Virus record (IMG/VR): IMGVR_UViG_3300028635_000359
Location: 1-35,857 of that record
Source of the DNA: a virus
Lineage: Duplodnaviria > Caudoviricetes
Direction: 5' to 3' (one strand)
Length of the DNA: 35,857 nt
Below are positions 9,662-17,825 of this stretch, piece by piece. The first letter of the stretch is position 1; every line of letters begins with the position of its first letter. Made by a program: the position numbers and the translations under genes. Below the pieces are notes generated by a model. That model saw only the letters and a program-made list of their open reading frames with translations. It made no database searches and was not told the DNA's origin.

Positions 9662-9672
9662 TATAAACCTCG

Positions 9673-9700
9673 TGGGAGAGGGCGATTAAGCCCCCTCCCA
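9673..9700 (-). terminator. GC-rich hairpin after the major capsid gene (weak terminator or mRNA stabiliser)
   Basis: TGGGAGGGGGC-TTAATC-GCCCTCTCCCA with no adjacent U-tract. Confidence 0.55.
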
Positions 9701-9709
9701 AAGAGTGTT

Positions 9710-10657
9710 TTATCCAACAACGTTGTCAACAAAGCAGCCAAGATCAGTAGCAACAACCAGAGGTTTCGTCATGATCTTTCCCTCGATGCGTACTGCGTTG
9801 TTAAGATGTTCCATGATGATCTTCCTAGTCTGTACAGACTCCCTACGGAAGTTTCGATAAGTCATATGATAGCCGGCTGAGGGCGCAAACTTAGTAGGAC
9901 GAGGCGGAGTATAGCCCAGGAAGACCTTCTTGGTGAGCATGAAGTCAGTAGCAGTAGTGTTGACTGCGCTAAGGACGGTAAGCTTATCGACCTCAAAGAG
10001 CCTTGCGAGCAGATCAGTAGTGATAACCTTATCGTTGGTGGTTTTCATCTTGTCCATAATCTTGGTGTTGGTCTTAAGTGCTTTGAGAACATCCCAGGTA
10101 ATGATCATCTTGTTCGGCTTATATCCAGTGGTTTTGAGGATGAGTTCCATCCAATTAAGAACATAAGCGACAGGGTCAGCATCGGAAATACCATTAGTGG
10201 TAGCATCCCACTGATCATAACTACTATCCGAAAGGTCTATATTGTTCGCCCAAACACCAGTGGCAAGATAAGTGTCGATAAGGTTAGTAAGCAGAACCCT
10301 CGAAAGCCGATTCATGACGAAATCAACTGCATCATTTATCGGATCATAGGGGTTGTCATACTCATTCCTATCATCCTCAGTAACATCCTTATGGAAGGCA
10401 AATTCCTCGATGGTGTAAGCCTGCTTGTCAGTTGCGAAGTCGTCGCCAGCAGACTCAGTTGCTCCCGACCGTCTGTAAGCGTCTACACTACCAACCTTAA
10501 ACCAGTCGGATTTATTATACTTTGCCAAATAACCAGTAAGCCGTGTCGTAGGAACCGCAGGGAAGATATCAAAAGCTTCAAGTGGATTATCCACCATGTA
10601 GCGATTCGCTACGTTTCTGACATATGCCGGAGCAATTACGTCTGACCAATGTGCCAT
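9710..10657 (-). CDS. Major capsid protein
   Basis: 315 aa with IFPAVP and TGYKPNKMII...LK.N..I...K motifs typical of lambda E-like HK97-fold capsids. Strong AGGAGG SD; synteny. Confidence 0.88.
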   Translation of the reverse strand: MAHWSDVIAPAYVRNVANRYMVDNPLEAFDIFPAVPTTRLTGYLAKYNKSDWFKVGSVDAYRRSGATESAGDDFATDKQAYTIEEFAFHKDVTEDDRNEYDNPYDPINDAVDFVMNRLSRVLLTNLIDTYLATGVWANNIDLSDSSYDQWDATTNGISDADPVAYVLNWMELILKTTGYKPNKMIITWDVLKALKTNTKIMDKMKTTNDKVITTDLLARLFEVDKLTVLSAVNTTATDFMLTKKVFLGYTPPRPTKFAPSAGYHMTYRNFRRESVQTRKIIMEHLNNAVRIEGKIMTKPLVVATDLGCFVDNVVG

Positions 10658-10668
10658 TTTTTACCTCC

Positions 10669-11049
10669 TTACAGCAAGTCTACTTTAATCTTTGTGTTCG
10701 CCTTAGTGCAAGCCTCTAAAGCAACAGCGCGAACATGGTGAGTGCCAAGAGTGGCTTTAGTAAAAACGCCATCATTTGCAGCGGTTCCGTTAGGGGAACC
10801 TGAGCCATTCGGGGTAAGAGGATCGTAGGCAGAAATAGCTCCTACATTACCATCACAGTAAGCTTCGCAATGGCCTCTTACAATAATCTCAGACGGAAGA
10901 CCTGCCGCTTTTCCGTAATAAACAACTCCCATCGCCATCTGGCCGACCTGAGTGATTACAGCGCCGTCATAACCTACGACTCTGCCCTCCTGCCCTACCA
11001 AAGTGACTGAGGGAACTACGTTTCGCTGTTCAGTATACTGTGTCCACAT
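10669..11049 (-). CDS. Head decoration / cement protein
   Basis: Small Gly/Ala/Val-rich beta protein (GVV, AVALEA) between scaffold and capsid. Confidence 0.65.
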   Translation of the reverse strand: MWTQYTEQRNVVPSVTLVGQEGRVVGYDGAVITQVGQMAMGVVYYGKAAGLPSEIIVRGHCEAYCDGNVGAISAYDPLTPNGSGSPNGTAANDGVFTKATLGTHHVRAVALEACTKANTKIKVDLL

Positions 11050-11063
11050 GATTTACCTCCTTA

Positions 11064-11846
11064 TTAGTCGCCCAATGCGGCAGCTGCTTCAGGGTTTCTC
11101 TGTGCCCAGATTGAAGCCGCCTGTGCATAGGAAACTTTCTCGTCTTTCATGATTTTTTCAATGCCAGAAACCATTCTCTCTTCGGTTTCCTTGATGACAG
11201 CATCATCAGATCCCTTCTTCGCCCCAAGATCTTTGATGGTTTTCTGCATCTGCATGAATCTTTCAGCAATGCTATCAATCTCATCCTTGGAGAGCTTACC
11301 GTAAAAGCTCATACAGAAATCAGCTATCTTCTGATCATTGACCTTTGAGAAAATGTCCAAGGACATTTTATCTTTCTCAAGAGATTCAATCCGCTTATCC
11401 CTTTCAAGAAATTCCTTCCGAATGTCCTCAGCAAGTCCCTGATACTTCTTGTCTTCCTTGACAGTATAAGAATCCTTCTCAAGAACATCATGAGTCTCGC
11501 TATTATACACCTTTTCCTTACCATCTTTTGCAATAACAAGATTTTTTGCGGTGTTAATAACTTTCTCGTCCTTGCCAAGGAGTTCCTTGATAAGATCATC
11601 TTTCTTGATATGCTGTGTGATAATCTCAAGAACATCCTTTGTGTCGAGCTTAGGTTCAGTTTCCTTCAGTTCCTCTTTGATAACTTCAGGAATATCTGAG
11701 TCCTTTACCAACATAGCCAAAAGCTGCAACAGCTTATCCATTTCTAATCCTCCTTTGTCCTTTTGTAAGATAAACTTCTTTTTGTTCTTTGGCCCAGCGG
11801 CTAAGCTAACCTCATCAACTCTCATTTTCTTAATTAACTTACCCAT
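11064..11846 (-). CDS. Capsid scaffolding protein with an N-terminal protease-like EVSL segment; probable internal start at 11741
   Basis: Lys/Glu/Asp-rich coiled coil ending in VSYAQAA....NP. SDs are present before both ATG 11846 and ATG 11741. Confidence 0.7.
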   Translation of the reverse strand: MGKLIKKMRVDEVSLAAGPKNKKKFILQKDKGGLEMDKLLQLLAMLVKDSDIPEVIKEELKETEPKLDTKDVLEIITQHIKKDDLIKELLGKDEKVINTAKNLVIAKDGKEKVYNSETHDVLEKDSYTVKEDKKYQGLAEDIRKEFLERDKRIESLEKDKMSLDIFSKVNDQKIADFCMSFYGKLSKDEIDSIAERFMQMQKTIKDLGAKKGSDDAVIKETEERMVSGIEKIMKDEKVSYAQAASIWAQRNPEAAAALGD

Positions 11847-11868
11847 GAAACGCCTCCGTTTGTGTATG

Positions 11869-11901
11869 ATTATAATGAAGGACTGAGAGGAAGGTTGTCA
11901 A
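11869..11901 (-). promoter_or_regulatory. Putative late promoter of the scaffold-capsid-tail operon (TTGACA-N21-TATAAT, or N18-CATTAT)
   Basis: Consensus hexamers lie between a terminator and the scaffold SD. The spacing is atypical. Confidence 0.5.
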
Positions 11902-11920
11902 ATCAGGTATTTTTGGGGAA

Positions 11921-11948
11921 ATAAAAAAGCCCCAGCACTTACTGGGGC
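11921..11948 (-). terminator. Rho-independent terminator after the protease gene
   Basis: GCCCCAG-TAAGTG-CTGGGGC followed by TTTTTTAT. Confidence 0.85.
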
Positions 11949-11976
11949 AAAACCTTGAGGAGCCCAGAAAAGATGA

Positions 11977-12618
11977 TTAAGTGTTTATGGAGTCTAGGAT
12001 ATACCCACCCAGGGAAAATCCTTTTATGATACCTTTATCTATTTGTTTTATCAGCTCTTTATCCTTAATAAACCATCGCTGACACCATGTTCCTTTTTTA
12101 ATCTTTGTTCCCTCTATTTCTGCATCGAAGGGCATTATGTAGCTTTCAGCTAACCATGCTTCCTCAGCAACTATACGTATTGAATGTCGATAGGCAATGT
12201 TGTAAAAATCTTTATTGTACACATAGCAAGCATCTTTAACAGCTTCTTCAGTGTACTCATCACCATCAGCATCTTTTTCATTAGGTACAGCAACAATACC
12301 GAAAATTTCCCTTACTTCGTTATCTGTTGTCTTTTGAATCATTTGAAAAGGGATATCTTTCTTTACCTCCTCACCAAGGCTTAAAAGTTTCTGTGCTTTT
12401 GTCACAACTTCAGGATAGCCATATTTCACACCAGTGACTATAGCAGCTTTAAGAAGCTCCTTTGAAATATTACCCTTTTCGTCTTTAAAAGGAAATAGTC
12501 TTTTGTCATTCTCCACTAAAAGGAAACAATCCTTTGACATTTGCTTTCTTTTATGCTGTGTAGAATAGACATCATACGTCTTCTTTGGGATTGTTAGTTT
12601 TCTGCTTAGGTTTGGCAT
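11977..12618 (-). CDS. XkdF-like prohead serine protease with an extra N-terminal domain
   Basis: FGIVAVPNEKDADGD, YRH, ESYI, KKGTW and GIIKGFSLGG motifs. AAGGAG SD before MPNL. Confidence 0.85.
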   Translation of the reverse strand: MPNLSRKLTIPKKTYDVYSTQHKRKQMSKDCFLLVENDKRLFPFKDEKGNISKELLKAAIVTGVKYGYPEVVTKAQKLLSLGEEVKKDIPFQMIQKTTDNEVREIFGIVAVPNEKDADGDEYTEEAVKDACYVYNKDFYNIAYRHSIRIVAEEAWLAESYIMPFDAEIEGTKIKKGTWCQRWFIKDKELIKQIDKGIIKGFSLGGYILDSINT

Positions 12619-13903
12619 ATCTGTCTCCTTCTGTTTTCTCAAAGTCTATATTTAAAAGCTCAAGCATAGCTTTCTCAAGGGTTTCTGTTGGTATAACAGC
12701 TCCAGCTTTAACAAGATCAGAGATGAATTTACCTATGTTAGAGAGTTCTCCATAGTTAGGTATTCTAAGCTTTATCTTAGGCTGGTTTTTAATACCGTTA
12801 TATTTACATATCTTTGTGATGACTTGTCTGTTAAAAGTGTTTGCTATTGCTGATGCATAGCTTTCACAAGCACTAATAAAGTTGGTAGCGTGTAGCTGTG
12901 TGTTGGCGTTATTGGTAGTAGCGAAAGCACCAAGAGAGATGAAGTTTGCAAGAACGCCCATAGCCATTTCGGTGTTATAACGACCTATAATATGTGTTGT
13001 CGGAATCTCTGATCTGTTCTCACCACGAAGGATTTGAAAATCCCACCCATGAGGTTTGACGATACCTTGCTGTTGGTCTTTACGAATGTTAGATACTATA
13101 TTAACAGCCCAATCAAGAGTTACGGCAACTTCCTCACTAAATGCTGGAGAATCTGGATCAGCCGCAGTAAAGTCAAATCCTTCAGGAGCAGTCATCATGG
13201 GAAGACCAGCAAGGTCACGATCAATTCCCATAGCTTCGGTGGCTTCAGTAGAAATCTTGTAGTAATAAGGTTTATAAAGGTGACGGAGAATACTTATCCC
13301 AAAAGGACTGCGATTCTCTGTAAAGAACATATGATGAACACATTTTGAATAGGGGATTTCTGCTACGCCAGCACCATGATACTGAACAACGTTACCATTA
13401 GCATCATTTATGTAATTTATGGTAGGCTGATAGCGAGGTTCAATGTCAATAAGACGAGCACCGAAACCATCAGGCTCCCATATTTCTTCTCCTAAATAAT
13501 ACCCGAAATAAAGGGCAGATGTAAACTCGTCTATGATTCTCGACAGGCCATGAGTAGTGTTTTCAAGCATTTCTTGAACAACTTTTGCCTCAGGACCCTC
13601 GAAATCATAAATGAGCCTTTTTAACGTTGCAGAAAGTAAAAGGACCAGACCACCTACGACAGGATCATTCTTCCTCATTTTATCGTATACTTTAAGACCC
13701 TCTGGTGGCATTAGCTCATGCATAGTCTCTAAAAGGGGTAGGCCAGTTTTAAGAGGATCTATTCCTAAATCTCCCATAACTCCAGGACGAGGCTTATTAA
13801 CGGTTAACATAGGGCGTGTTGCTTTAGACACAGTTCCTTTTTGAAGAATATTATCCATTTCTTTATAAACAGTTGGCTGTTTCCATAACTTAAATATATT
13901 CAT
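12572..13903 (-). CDS. Portal protein (DUF935 / Mu gp29-like)
   Basis: YDKM..NDPVV, ALYFGY...E.IW, SPFGISILR.LY and ID/ERDLAGLP motifs; follows terminase. Confidence 0.88.
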   Translation of the reverse strand: MNIFKLWKQPTVYKEMDNILQKGTVSKATRPMLTVNKPRPGVMGDLGIDPLKTGLPLLETMHELMPPEGLKVYDKMRKNDPVVGGLVLLLSATLKRLIYDFEGPEAKVVQEMLENTTHGLSRIIDEFTSALYFGYYLGEEIWEPDGFGARLIDIEPRYQPTINYINDANGNVVQYHGAGVAEIPYSKCVHHMFFTENRSPFGISILRHLYKPYYYKISTEATEAMGIDRDLAGLPMMTAPEGFDFTAADPDSPAFSEEVAVTLDWAVNIVSNIRKDQQQGIVKPHGWDFQILRGENRSEIPTTHIIGRYNTEMAMGVLANFISLGAFATTNNANTQLHATNFISACESYASAIANTFNRQVITKICKYNGIKNQPKIKLRIPNYGELSNIGKFISDLVKAGAVIPTETLEKAMLELLNIDFEKTEGDRYAKPKQKTNNPKEDV

Positions 13904-13912
13904 CTTTTTACT

Positions 13913-13934
13913 CCTAGCAAGTTGTAATTTGCAA
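13913..13934 (-). promoter_or_regulatory. Conserved 22-bp motif, copy 1 (TTGCAAATTACAACTTGCTAGG), overlapping the portal SD
   Basis: 17 of 22 positions are identical with the copies at 20392 and 31874. Confidence 0.65.
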
Positions 13935-13938
13935 ATAT

Positions 13939-15426
13939 CTAATGTACAAACCTTGTAAACTTACCATAAATTGTATCATGTCTTTGTGGTTTCATTAGAC
14001 TTAAAAATAATGATCTTGAGCTTTTTGGTATATAACCATTCTGGCATCTTATCGAAAAACTATCCACAATGCAAGATAACATTAAAGCATCAGCATGGTC
14101 CGGTGAGATACCAATACGACTAATCATACGTTTTTTAGGTTCTAATGCTATTTTTTCTTTTGAGAAGTCATATCGAATATTTACAAGCTCTTTCTTAAGC
14201 TCTTTAGGGGGAGGATAGGGGAAATGCAAGTCAGCAAAAGATTTCTTGAGCTTATCATAACCTTCACTACGCTTGCTGTCGTACATTTCCTCATGAAAGG
14301 CTTTCTCAGAACCTATGAAACCAATCACAGGAAACATATTCTTTTTAACAAGATTATCATAAACACCTGCACCAATACCAATGGCGTCAATAATTGCACA
14401 AAAATCTTTTCCTAGATACCTAGACTGATAAATACTTATAACCTTGTCCACAACCATGTTTGTATCATTTGTTTTAAAGTATTCCCATAGAACAATAGAG
14501 TTTCCGATACGATGGCAAAAGATAGTTTGGTCTTCACCTCCTCGAGAAACATCAACAGAAAGAATACAACGACCAGTCATGACTTCTCTGTTATTTCTTG
14601 TAACCTCATCATAAAGCTCAGCAGTTACAACAACAGAATCATCACTTCCAATGGGCAGGCCAAGAACTTTGGCTTTGTACATTGGAGAATCCTTGCCGTA
14701 ACGATTGATGATTCTTTCCTCGAAAGAGGGATCAACAAGAGGGCTTCGCCTAGAATCGAAAAAGACTACTTTAAAGTTCTTACCTTTTCCTTCAGGATCG
14801 GAAATAGTATCATAGTAATAACCGCCGCTAGAAACAGGGTTTGAAATTAGAAGGATCATAGCGTTGGCTTTCGTCATTGCGCCATCAAGAGCTGTAAACA
14901 CAGGATCAGGCACGCCAGAAGCTTCATCAACAATGATTAGAAGATGAGGAGCATGAAAACCCGCTAAGGTATCATTAAGCTGTCTACCATCCCTAGGAAC
15001 AGTCCTTGCGGTAGCATACCATTCTTTAAATCCTTTAACGTAAAGGTATTCAGATTGAAGATCAAAAATAGGCTTTAATTTGCAACGATTAAGCCAAGTA
15101 TGAATTTCACTCCAAAGAACATCTTTTAACTGCTTACCGGACGGGGCAGTAGTTGGAACTTTAGCATGTGGATGTGTTGAAAGGAACCATAAAGTAAGAA
15201 GGGCGGCACAAGCTGATTTGCCTGTACCACCCCCTGAGGATACACAGAAGTTTTTATGTTCTACAAGGCCATATCCTATCTCTTTCTGCTGGTCAGTAAG
15301 TCCTTGATGACTAAGCCCTGTAAAGTCAATAAAGTCCTCGACCCAACCAGCAAAGTCGTTTCCGTACTTTTCATGTAGGGCTGTACATATTTTAAGTATT
15401 TTGTCTTGTTCACGACTTAGTTCCAT
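13939..15426 (-). CDS. terL: Terminase large subunit
   Basis: Walker A SGGGTGKS, Walker B IIVDEA, coupling motif ISNP, and nuclease motifs SVDVSRGGED, IDAIGIGAGV, SPDHADAL. Confidence 0.95.
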   Translation of the reverse strand: MELSREQDKILKICTALHEKYGNDFAGWVEDFIDFTGLSHQGLTDQQKEIGYGLVEHKNFCVSSGGGTGKSACAALLTLWFLSTHPHAKVPTTAPSGKQLKDVLWSEIHTWLNRCKLKPIFDLQSEYLYVKGFKEWYATARTVPRDGRQLNDTLAGFHAPHLLIIVDEASGVPDPVFTALDGAMTKANAMILLISNPVSSGGYYYDTISDPEGKGKNFKVVFFDSRRSPLVDPSFEERIINRYGKDSPMYKAKVLGLPIGSDDSVVVTAELYDEVTRNNREVMTGRCILSVDVSRGGEDQTIFCHRIGNSIVLWEYFKTNDTNMVVDKVISIYQSRYLGKDFCAIIDAIGIGAGVYDNLVKKNMFPVIGFIGSEKAFHEEMYDSKRSEGYDKLKKSFADLHFPYPPPKELKKELVNIRYDFSKEKIALEPKKRMISRIGISPDHADALMLSCIVDSFSIRCQNGYIPKSSRSLFLSLMKPQRHDTIYGKFTRFVH

Positions 15427-15838
15427 CCTTTGATTTTACAAGGGAGTTCAAGAAACCGTCAAGGCCATCATTGTCATCACCGCCACCACGTTTAGATGTG
15501 GACACTGATATCAAAGCTCTACATGCAGCAATAATGTCTTTATTATCCTCTGCTGTCTCGACTATGGTCGTCAACTTAGATATCGAAATAGAAAGGCCCT
15601 GCTTTTTAACTAGAGACTCTTGTCGGTTACTTTCAGCCTCTACAAAAGTTTCAAACTCTTCCTCAAATTCAGGGTTTAAAGCAAAGAGAAGATCGAAAGT
15701 ATTCTGAGCAAGGTTTAGTTCATAGGCTATTGTTGAAAAAGGAAGACCAACTAAGAAGCGTTTTGCTATATATCTCTTTAACCTGCTGTCATTTTGATAA
15801 GCAGTCTGAAAATCTTCAAAACTGTCATATTTAAACAT
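15410..15838 (-). CDS. Putative terminase small subunit
   Basis: Helical, HTH-like N-terminal half; overlaps the terL start; GGAGG SD before MFKY. Confidence 0.55.
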   Translation of the reverse strand: MFKYDSFEDFQTAYQNDSRLKRYIAKRFLVGLPFSTIAYELNLAQNTFDLLFALNPEFEEEFETFVEAESNRQESLVKKQGLSISISKLTTIVETAEDNKDIIAACRALISVSTSKRGGGDDNDGLDGFLNSLVKSKDGTKS

Positions 15839-16217
15839 CTTCTTCCTCCATGTTGTAGTTAAGAAGAACATTTAGAACACGTTCAGCGACAACAAATTTA
15901 TTACGACCTAGTTCACGCCACTTTTCTTTCTCATACTGCATACGTTCACAAAGGGTTCCTGCAAGGTCAGGAATATAACAGAAAACGCTACAGTCCCTCA
16001 TCAGGTCCAAAAAGATATTATCAATCCACCATTTTATATCTTTTGGTAGTCTAGGATCTTTTAAAAAATCCACATAGAAGAGGGTAGGGCAGATTGGTAT
16101 CATCTTTGCCACTATAACACGGCGACATATGAGTTCAAGATCAGTCCTATGCTTTGTAACAACAGCATGATTTCTTGACTCATATGGTCCCGTGACATAT
16201 ACTTTTTTCATCTTCAT
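15831..16217 (-). CDS. Nucleoside 2-deoxyribosyltransferase-like fold protein (DUF4406/DUF1937-like)
   Basis: KVYVTGPY, IPICP, LMRDC and M..E motifs. Confidence 0.6.
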   Translation of the reverse strand: MKMKKVYVTGPYESRNHAVVTKHRTDLELICRRVIVAKMIPICPTLFYVDFLKDPRLPKDIKWWIDNIFLDLMRDCSVFCYIPDLAGTLCERMQYEKEKWRELGRNKFVVAERVLNVLLNYNMEEEDV

Positions 16218-16636
16218 ATAGTAAACTCAGCCGCTATCTCCGAATCAAGTTTTTCTATGATGCTTGCTATAACTTTAACTTTGCCAAGTATCCTTGCCTC
16301 AGAGATTATCAAGTCTTTGTTATCTCTAGAGAATTTTATTTTAACATTCTCCGTGGAGGGGATAATGTAGATTTTTATGTTCTTTGACCACTTTGAAATG
16401 ATGGAAAAGAACTCTTCCGCTGTTTCTGAGGTTCCCATCGCGTAACGAAGCTGATCATTATTGATACCAAAGAGATTCCAAGCATAAACCTTCCAGTTTG
16501 AGAAATCATCAGTTGTATCAAGATTGTTCCTTATGAGATCCCTTATTAGTTCGCTTCTTCCCACACCTTTTCGCTTTGCTACTTCATCAAGTTTCTTTAC
16601 CATGGACTCGCTGGCTTTAAATCCAATAAAAGGCAT
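16214..16636 (-). CDS. Ribbon-helix-helix (CopG-like) DNA-binding protein
   Basis: IGFKASESMVKKLDEVAKRKGVGRSELIRDLI. Confidence 0.8.
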   Translation of the reverse strand: MPFIGFKASESMVKKLDEVAKRKGVGRSELIRDLIRNNLDTTDDFSNWKVYAWNLFGINNDQLRYAMGTSETAEEFFSIISKWSKNIKIYIIPSTENVKIKFSRDNKDLIISEARILGKVKVIASIIEKLDSEIAAEFTI

Positions 16637-16637
16637 A

Positions 16638-17825
16638 TCATCCTCCATTATGCTTTATTTTTTTCAATATCTTTCGTTTCTTTTCTCCTATCTCTAATTT
16701 CGCATACTCCATGTCAACCAAGGTTTGTATTATTTGTCTAAATTCATTTTCATCTATATCGACATAAAACATATGTAAAAGGTCTTTTACCAATATCCCA
16801 TTTTCATTTGAATCAAGTATGGTTTGAACACGAAATATGTATTGTGATAGCTTATTGCCACCAGCAATGAGAAATGCCATACGCATCATCTTTTCAGTAC
16901 GTTCAAACAATTTCATTGCACGTTCAAAATCTTTTATGGTAACAGAATATCGAAGGTCGCCAAGAGCCATTAATGAAGCGACTTTCAATAAATGTACCTT
17001 TGTTTTTCTTTCTAAATAACTAGCTATACGATAATCTTCAGAAGGTAATATATATTGTTCTCTATACCACGCGTTGAAAAAATTTCGTGCGTCTTCTTCA
17101 ACCTTCATCGGTCCATATAACTCAGACAAGGACATAAGGATTTCAAGGCATTCTTGCCTTGCATTTATCTGTTCTTTGGTTAAAATAGGCTCAGGAAAAC
17201 AACCTCGCTTACGGTCTAAGTAAACGAGAATACATCGTGCTAGAAAGCCTGTAGCTCCCATATCAGTGGCTAATCCAGGACCGAACCACTGAGGAACGGC
17301 GGCGGAAATGAGATTGAAGTAAGGGTTAGTTATTTCATATTCTCCTGAGTTTTTTGTTTTGTAAACATAGGCTTCATCCTTACTGTATATATCCACAAGA
17401 AACTTTACCATATCAAGGCCGGATGAAAGAAGAACATTAAGCTCATCACTAGAATAGGTTACACTTGAGTGAGGAAACGTGGAAGAATCATCAATTTTAT
17501 ATTCTTTCATAGAAGAACTCATCTCGACTATTATCTTTTCTTTTAAAACTGATCCCTCAAGAACGGTATAACCAGCATCACGAAGCATTTTTGCTCCTAG
17601 ATCTAAAGATGAACTTTTTGAACACGTTCCAGCAGGACTTATAAGAATAATATAAAGGTTAAGAAAGAGTTTAAAATACCCTCTATCTAGCCATATTCGT
17701 TTTTCTGCCGCTCCTGCTAAAACAGATAAACCAGTCCAAACATGAAAAAGCTCGGGTGTTTCATTCCCTTGTGTGTAGTAAACGTAGCGATCAAGAAATT
17801 TGCAGTAGGTCATTAGTTTATCCAT
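16638..17825 (-). CDS. DUF3987/YfjI-family putative replicative helicase
   Basis: ETPELFHVW..LS.LA, NLYIILISPAGTCSKSS P-loop, SDEL Walker B and GFLAR; winged-helix-like C-terminus; coupled to the polymerase. Confidence 0.75.
   Translation of the reverse strand: MDKLMTYCKFLDRYVYYTQGNETPELFHVWTGLSVLAGAAEKRIWLDRGYFKLFLNLYIILISPAGTCSKSSSLDLGAKMLRDAGYTVLEGSVLKEKIIVEMSSSMKEYKIDDSSTFPHSSVTYSSDELNVLLSSGLDMVKFLVDIYSKDEAYVYKTKNSGEYEITNPYFNLISAAVPQWFGPGLATDMGATGFLARCILVYLDRKRGCFPEPILTKEQINARQECLEILMSLSELYGPMKVEEDARNFFNAWYREQYILPSEDYRIASYLERKTKVHLLKVASLMALGDLRYSVTIKDFERAMKLFERTEKMMRMAFLIAGGNKLSQYIFRVQTILDSNENGILVKDLLHMFYVDIDENEFRQIIQTLVDMEYAKLEIGEKKRKILKKIKHNGG

Noticed and set aside
13913-13934. 22-bp motif as an ordinary sigma70 promoter (TTGCAA as -35)
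   Set aside because: There is no consistent -10 at 16-18 nt in the three copies, and transcription would start past the SD in two of them.
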